Of a stretch of DNA of 64,000 nt, positions 55,074 through 64,000 are shown piece by piece; position 1 is the first letter of the stretch; every line of letters starts with the position of its first letter. The notes under the pieces are model-generated. The model did no database searches. It saw only the letters and a list, made by a program, of their open reading frames with translations, and had not been told where the DNA came from. The DNA comes from Eledone cirrhosa (Eukaryota): NCBI GenBank assembly GCA_964016885.1, contig OZ024745.1, forward strand, positions 37,076,001 through 37,140,000, given 5' to 3'. The translations under genes and the position numbers were made by a program.

Positions 55074-55834
55074 GGAGAGAGAAAGAGAGAGGGAGATAAC
55101 CGCTTGATATAGTAAAATATGAGAGTAGAAGAGGAAGGAACGGAAAATACACACACACACACACACACACACACACGGTGTACAAAGAGAATTTCTTTCG
55201 AACATGGATTTGCCGACCGAGAACTCCCTCAATGCAAAGGTGCTAAAAATTACCTAATCAGAGGGAACATATATAGATATCGTTATTGGAACATCAAAAA
55301 TATATCTTATATAAAGAAAACATGAAGAGTATATACCTCGCTTCAACAACAGAATATCACTTCCTTAATATTAACCTGTCCAGCGACTTACCTAAACAAC
55401 AGTTTTCGGCTTGGAAAAGAAAATACATGTTAACCGCAATGAAATTGATGATTACCGTGCCAAGATTCAAGCGTTCGCCAGTGGAGTAATCTTTGTTAAT
55501 TAATTAACCTATCGGTTAATCAATAGTCAGTAAATTGACCTTACCAATATACAAGACATATAATTATCCAGCAATGCGAGCGGGACAAGATTTCACCACG
55601 TGCTGTGTACGAACCTGGTCTGAGGTGAACTACTGCAGTAGTGGACGATGGAATTAGAGAATACAGCTTACCACACCAAGAAAGATAGAAAGAGAAAGGT
55701 ATAGAGGAAGAATCGACCCCAGTACTAAACTGGTACTTCTTTTTAGCTCGGCGGGATTTGAACTCACAGAGCAGAGAGCCGGAACAAATCCCATAAAACA
55801 TCCTATCCGACCTTCTAACAACCGTACCAATTCG

Positions 55835-56116
<282 letters not shown>

Positions 56117-56295
56117 TTTTGAGTATATGTTGGTTGTATACCACAACCTCAGTATACAGGCTGGAGCACTCGACGAAGTGCGCAGGTTGGTTTGGTTACT
56201 CCGGAGTAATGGAAAATAAAGTAAAATAAATAAGTCAAATGTTAACAATTTATCTTCGTTTATTACTGCTATATATATTTCGGTGACAGCCATAT

Positions 56296-56398
<103 letters not shown>

Positions 56399-56668
56399 CA
56401 TATATATATATACATATATATATATATAAATATATATATATATAAACAATTAAGTTAAAAATGTACATCCACATATGTATACTGAAATACTAGTATGCAT
56501 ATGATTACACACACGTATACATATGTAGATGTACCGAGTTTTTCACTGGTCACTTTACTGTGAGTGTCCAGCTATTCTGTATGTAAACACACAGACAAAC
56601 CGGTTTTTAGAGTCATACTGGTTTTTGAGGAAACACCTTTCCTCTATTCTCCAGAAAGCCAGACAAGG

Positions 56669-56713
56669 AATATTGAACTAGTTTCGATGTTGTTACATCT
56701 CATCAGCAATATT
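56669..56713 (-). ncRNA. Type I hammerhead ribozyme motif (copy 1)
   Basis: aatattg-CTGATGA-gatgt aaca acatc-GAAA-ctag-TT-caatatt. Confidence 0.9.
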
Positions 56714-57134
56714 TACCTATCTTCCGGCCTCTCTAGAGAATCGTAAAAGCACATATCGTTATATGCTTTTTCTATGAAAATTAGTAGTGGGCAGACTAAT
56801 TTGCATAGAGCGTGAGTACGTACCGGTTCAACGGAGACGATAAAAACAAATAACGAAACGAAATTAAATTTCGTTTCGTTTGTAACTCACTTTTGTATGA
56901 CTGACGCTTAAACAATTAAGCTAAAAATGTACATCCACATATGTATACTGAAATACTAGTATGCATATGATTACACACACGTATACATATGTAGATGTAC
57001 CGAGTTTTTCACTGGTCACTTTACTGTGAGTGTCCAGCTATTCTGTATGTAAACACACAGACAAACCGGTTTTTAGAGTCATACTGGTTTTTGAGGAAAC
57101 ACGTTTCCTCTATTCGCCAGAAAGCCAGACAAGG

Positions 57135-57179
57135 AATATTGAACTAGTTTCGATGTTGTTACATCTCATCAGCAATATT
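57135..57179 (-). ncRNA. Type I hammerhead ribozyme motif (copy 2)
   Basis: Identical to copy 1, 466 bp away. Confidence 0.9.
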
Positions 57180-57333
57180 TACCTATCTTCCGGCCTCTCT
57201 AGAGAATCGTAAAAGCACATATCGTTATATGCTTTTTCTATGAAAATTAGTAGTGGGCAGACTAATTTGCATAGAGCGTGAGTACGTACCGGTTCAACTT
57301 TTACGATTCTCTAGAGAGGCCGGAAGATAGGTA

Positions 57334-57378
57334 AATATTGCTGATGAGATGTAACAACATCGAAACTAGTTCAATATT
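57334..57378 (+). ncRNA. Type I hammerhead ribozyme motif (inverted copy 3)
   Basis: 7-bp stem I, 5-bp stem II, palindromic ctag stem III, GUU triplet. Confidence 0.9.
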
Positions 57379-57667
57379 CCTTGTCTGGCTTTCTGGAGAA
57401 TAGAGGAAAGGTGTTTCCTCAAAAACCAGTATGACTCTAAAAACCGGTTTGTCTGTGTGTTTACATACAGAATAGCTGGACACTCACAGTAAAGTGACCA
57501 GTGAAAAACTCGGTACATCTACATATGTATACGTGTGTGTAATCATATGCATACTAGTATTTCAGTATACATATGTGGATGTACATTTTTAACTTAATTG
57601 TTTAAGCGTCAGTCATACAAAAGTGAGTTACAAACGAAACGAAATTTAATTTCGTTTCGTTATTTGT

Positions 57668-57696
<29 letters not shown>

Positions 57697-57698
<2 letters not shown>

Positions 57699-58668
57699 AG
57701 AATAAACGTGCTGCGGAGTTGCAAATGGGTTACATATGAATAAAGTGGTCCTTCATCAGTGATCTTCCAACCATCATCGGTATTTCTTCGCTTTAAAGAC
57801 CATATACCTCCGGTTGGTGCGAGCAACGGCTAAAGAAAGTCGTTGGGACATGTAAATAAAGGGAACAGCGAGAGTGTAAACAAACAAAGATGGTGAAGCA
57901 ACGAAAAGTGAGGAAGAGCGAATCAAGTCCAAAAATTTCCATGAATATAAGTTCGGTGAAATCGTGAACGAGAGAGAATAAAGACCATCAAACCTGGTTG
58001 AAATGTGAGCAAGGAAGAAATTTCGCACAGGTCTAACGGGAGGAAGAAGGGGTCTAGTCTGTGAATTCGGTAAACATAAGTTCTGTGAAATCGTAGACGA
58101 GAGAGAGAAAAAATGCCGACCGGCCTGGCCAAGCGTGCGAAAGAAAAGAATTACGCACAGGTCAAACGGGAAGAAGGAAGAGGAGGAGGAGAGGTAGTAA
58201 CAGTGAGTGAGTGAGTGAAGGGTGAGGAAGAGGCTAACAGAGAGAGTGACTGTTAGAGAGGGTAAAGATACAGAGAAAGAGGAAGCAGTAAGAACGAAAT
58301 AGACGGGTTACAGCGGGAGAAAAAAAAATATGTGTAAATATGAGAATAAACGTGCTGCGGAGTTGCAAATGGGTTACATATGAATAAATTCCTTCCTTGC
58401 TCACATTTCAACCAGGTTTGATGGTCTTTATTCTTTCTCGTTCACGATTTCACCGAACTTATATTCATGGTAATTTTTGGACTTGATTCGCTCTTCCTCA
58501 CTTTTCGTTGCTTCACCATCTTTGTTTGTTTACACTCTCGATGTTCCCTTTATTTACATGCCCCAACGACTTTCTTTAGCTGTTGCTCGCACCAACTGGA
58601 GGTATATGGTCTTTAAAGCGAAGAAATACCGATGATGGTTGGAAGATCACTGATGAAGGACCACTTTA

Positions 58669-58672
<4 letters not shown>
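57697..58672. mobile_element. Non-coding element of ~640 bp with partial tandem and inverted terminal copies (family of 14925-16332)
   Basis: 57697-57744 is repeated at 58340-58388. 58392-58672 is an inverted copy of ~57735-58016. Confidence 0.75.
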
Positions 58673-58722
<50 letters not shown>

Positions 58723-59557
58723 CATTATCGGAGAAAGCTTTTAGCGATACTCCGGCCATATTCCAACTCATTCAACAAACATTAAGAAATAAGTGAGTAT
58801 ATTCCTAATTAAACGTTCGGGGTGCTAACTAAAAGTATTGCGTGGAAAATTGGCTGTATTATTTCATATGAGACATATCTAATATATCTCTTCTCAGACG
58901 GACATCTCGTTTCATCATAAGATTCCTACAACTTGGGTGAAATTATACCAATTTATGTAGGAGCTTGTATAGGATTAACAGATAATATTCAAGTGGGCTC
59001 TTATAATTCATCAGTGGGTACCCAATAATACTAATATTGATAATGTAACCAATATCAGTATTTAGCGATAATCACCATCAGTGCCTGAGGTATCTGTTAG
59101 GTTGCTACTGCAGCAGTTCTAAAGAAATACTCAAACTGATTAAAAAATGAGGAAGTATATTACCGCCAAAAAAACAAGAGATGCGCAGGACAATGAATTC
59201 TAAAAGGGATTCAGGCCACGTGCTAGAACTCAATTGGAATTTGAAAAAATATCCATTTGTGTACAACGTTTGATGACACATAGATATTTTCTCGGGCTAA
59301 ATAACAGAATGAGATACAAGAAACAATCAATATTCATATAAAAAAAAATAAACAAAGATATATATATATATATATATATTGGTAAAAGGAAAAGAAAATG
59401 CTGACAAATTGTTCCCAGTGAAAAATAGTTTAATTAGGAATAAGTAAAAATTAGTAATAACTATTGGTTAGTATTCAGTTTTGGTTTTAAGATTTTACCG
59501 GTTGCGCATTTCTAATGCTTTTCAAAAATAATTTTGAGATAGAGCGCCCGTGATGTT

Positions 59558-59619
<62 letters not shown>

Positions 59620-60078
59620 ATATACACATGCACATTTATAATTAATACATAGAAGTGAAAGCCATCCCAGTATCCATGTGGAGACATTCGGAACTAGTTT
59701 CAATATTTTTACCCAACATCGGGTAGTTTTCTCATTTATAATTTTATATAATTTTAACGTATAAAAACGTGTTGGAAATGTTTATTTGCATATGGTGCGA
59801 GCTTCATAGGTTAGGCTTAAGCTAACCTCGGCGGGAGCGTAAAGGGCCGTAACTCTATGCCTCGAAGCATGGTGTCCGGCACTCAACCGATATTGCCAAT
59901 CAGCCGCATTTTCAAGCATTTATTATAATAACCAAGGGTTTTCCAACAATGTGCTGTACGTCTATAGTAAAACTACGCAAATAAAATTAAACAAAATAAA
60001 AAATTACTCAAAAAATCTATTATCTTATTTATTGTTTCTCAAGGTATTTTGTTCGACGAACTAAAATTCATGCCAATC

Positions 60079-60120
<42 letters not shown>

Positions 60121-60412
60121 TATATATATATGCATTCATACGTACGTACACACATACATATAATTTATATATATATATAAATGCACATATATATATTTAT
60201 ATGTGTGTATGTGTGTGTGTGTTTATGCCGGGTTCAATCGGAGGTAACCACAGTAAGTAAGGTACTCAATACATAGCAGGGTATAAATATTTAATATAGA
60301 AATGGCTTCTACGGGACTAGAACTGTTTCATTAGGAGGAAATTTCCTCCGGTTGAAACAGTTCTAGTCCTGTAGAAGCCAACACTTTTCCGCTTAGCTTC
60401 GTACGGACATAT

Positions 60413-60519
<107 letters not shown>

Positions 60520-60747
60520 CTTACGCACGTGCTCACGTATAGTTCCTTTTGCAAAACAGTTTTCTTTTCCATTTCAGATAGACGCGCTCCATCATCCACT
60601 TTTCTAAAAAATAAATCATACACAAAAAGCCAGCACCAACAGTTTTGCAAGAGATGTCAACATGAATGGACCTGTTATTTTTATCTAAAGACATTTTTCC
60701 AATTCCATCCCGCCCGTCCCCTCAATCTATCTTATTTCTCATTCTTT

Positions 60748-60781
60748 CTTCTGATGAAGGACTAGCATCCGAAACGTTAAG
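60748..60781 (+). ncRNA. Minimal hammerhead motif (family of 31192)
   Basis: ctt-CTGATGA-aggactagcatcc-GAAA-cg-TT-aag. Confidence 0.65.
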
Positions 60782-60865
60782 CCCTCTTCCTGCTATATCA
60801 AGCGTTAACCTAATATATAACTTCCACATACTGTACCGATTGTGTTGTTATTTCTGTTTACCTTT

Positions 60866-60907
<42 letters not shown>

Positions 60908-61038
60908 AAGAGAGGGGGGAGGGAGAGAAAGAGTGAGACAGACAGAGATAGGGGGGGGGGGGGTTGCAGAAAGGGATAAAGAAATACAGGGAAATAAGGA
61001 GAAAAAGAATTGGAGGTGGATGAGAGTGACAACTATCT

Positions 61039-63713
<2,675 letters not shown>

Positions 63714-64000
63714 TTATATATATATATATATCTGTTTCTTCTTAGCACTTCTCGCCTTTTCTTTGTATATATATATCATAGTATTTCTATGACTCTAAGT
63801 CATGGGAAACTAAATCACCTGTTCTATATAGTGACCAATGAATAACTTCCTCTGTTGCTTTTGTGTGCTTTCACATGCCTTAGTCCTTATTCTCCCCCCT
63901 TTTTTAATTTTTAATATTTTAATTATTTAATTATCTTTTTATATTATTATTTTTCTTTTATTTTATTATTATTATAATATTTTTTTAACTATCTTTAAAT

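Larger units (their letters stand above)
56444..57670. mobile_element. Retrozyme-like array: 466-bp tandem unit (about 1.8 copies) plus an inverted partial copy
   Basis: 56444-56832 is repeated at 56910-57298, and 57299-57670 is an inverted copy. Each copy carries a hammerhead. No real ORF. Flanked by (TA)n. Confidence 0.85.

Noticed and set aside
56564-57483. Three copies of a 60-aa ORF
   Set aside because: GTG start, antisense to the hammerheads, and explained by the repeat unit.

Overview
AT-rich, microsatellite-saturated animal DNA made mostly of transposable elements. The repeat style suggests an octopod cephalopod, but that is inference. Host genes: the first coding exon of a secreted DNase I-family gene (minus, 2501-2672) and a small three-exon gene for a secreted galaxin-like Cys-rich peptide (minus, 45610 to 37625) whose middle exon carries an in-frame TGA. 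Mobile elements: a near-intact Gypsy-type LTR retrotransposon (7510-11718), a degenerate CRE-like non-LTR element, many Penelope-like (PLE) fragments, RTE LINE tails with a derived non-autonomous family, tRNA SINEs, a deleted mariner, a MITE and two Helitrons. The LTR element has a clear -1 frameshift signal, one amber stop in pol, no canonical PBS and a ~0.6 kb flanking duplication in place of a short TSD. The main hidden signal is RNA structure. I find about 15 minimal hammerhead ribozyme motifs in several unrelated repeat families, including compensated U3-A8 core variants and a 466-bp tandem retrozyme-like unit. One repeat family holds the three hammerhead strands in a non-circularly permuted order, with covarying stems. 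All structures were read by eye, with no searches or folding run. Most ORFs in the supplied track are microsatellite artefacts.
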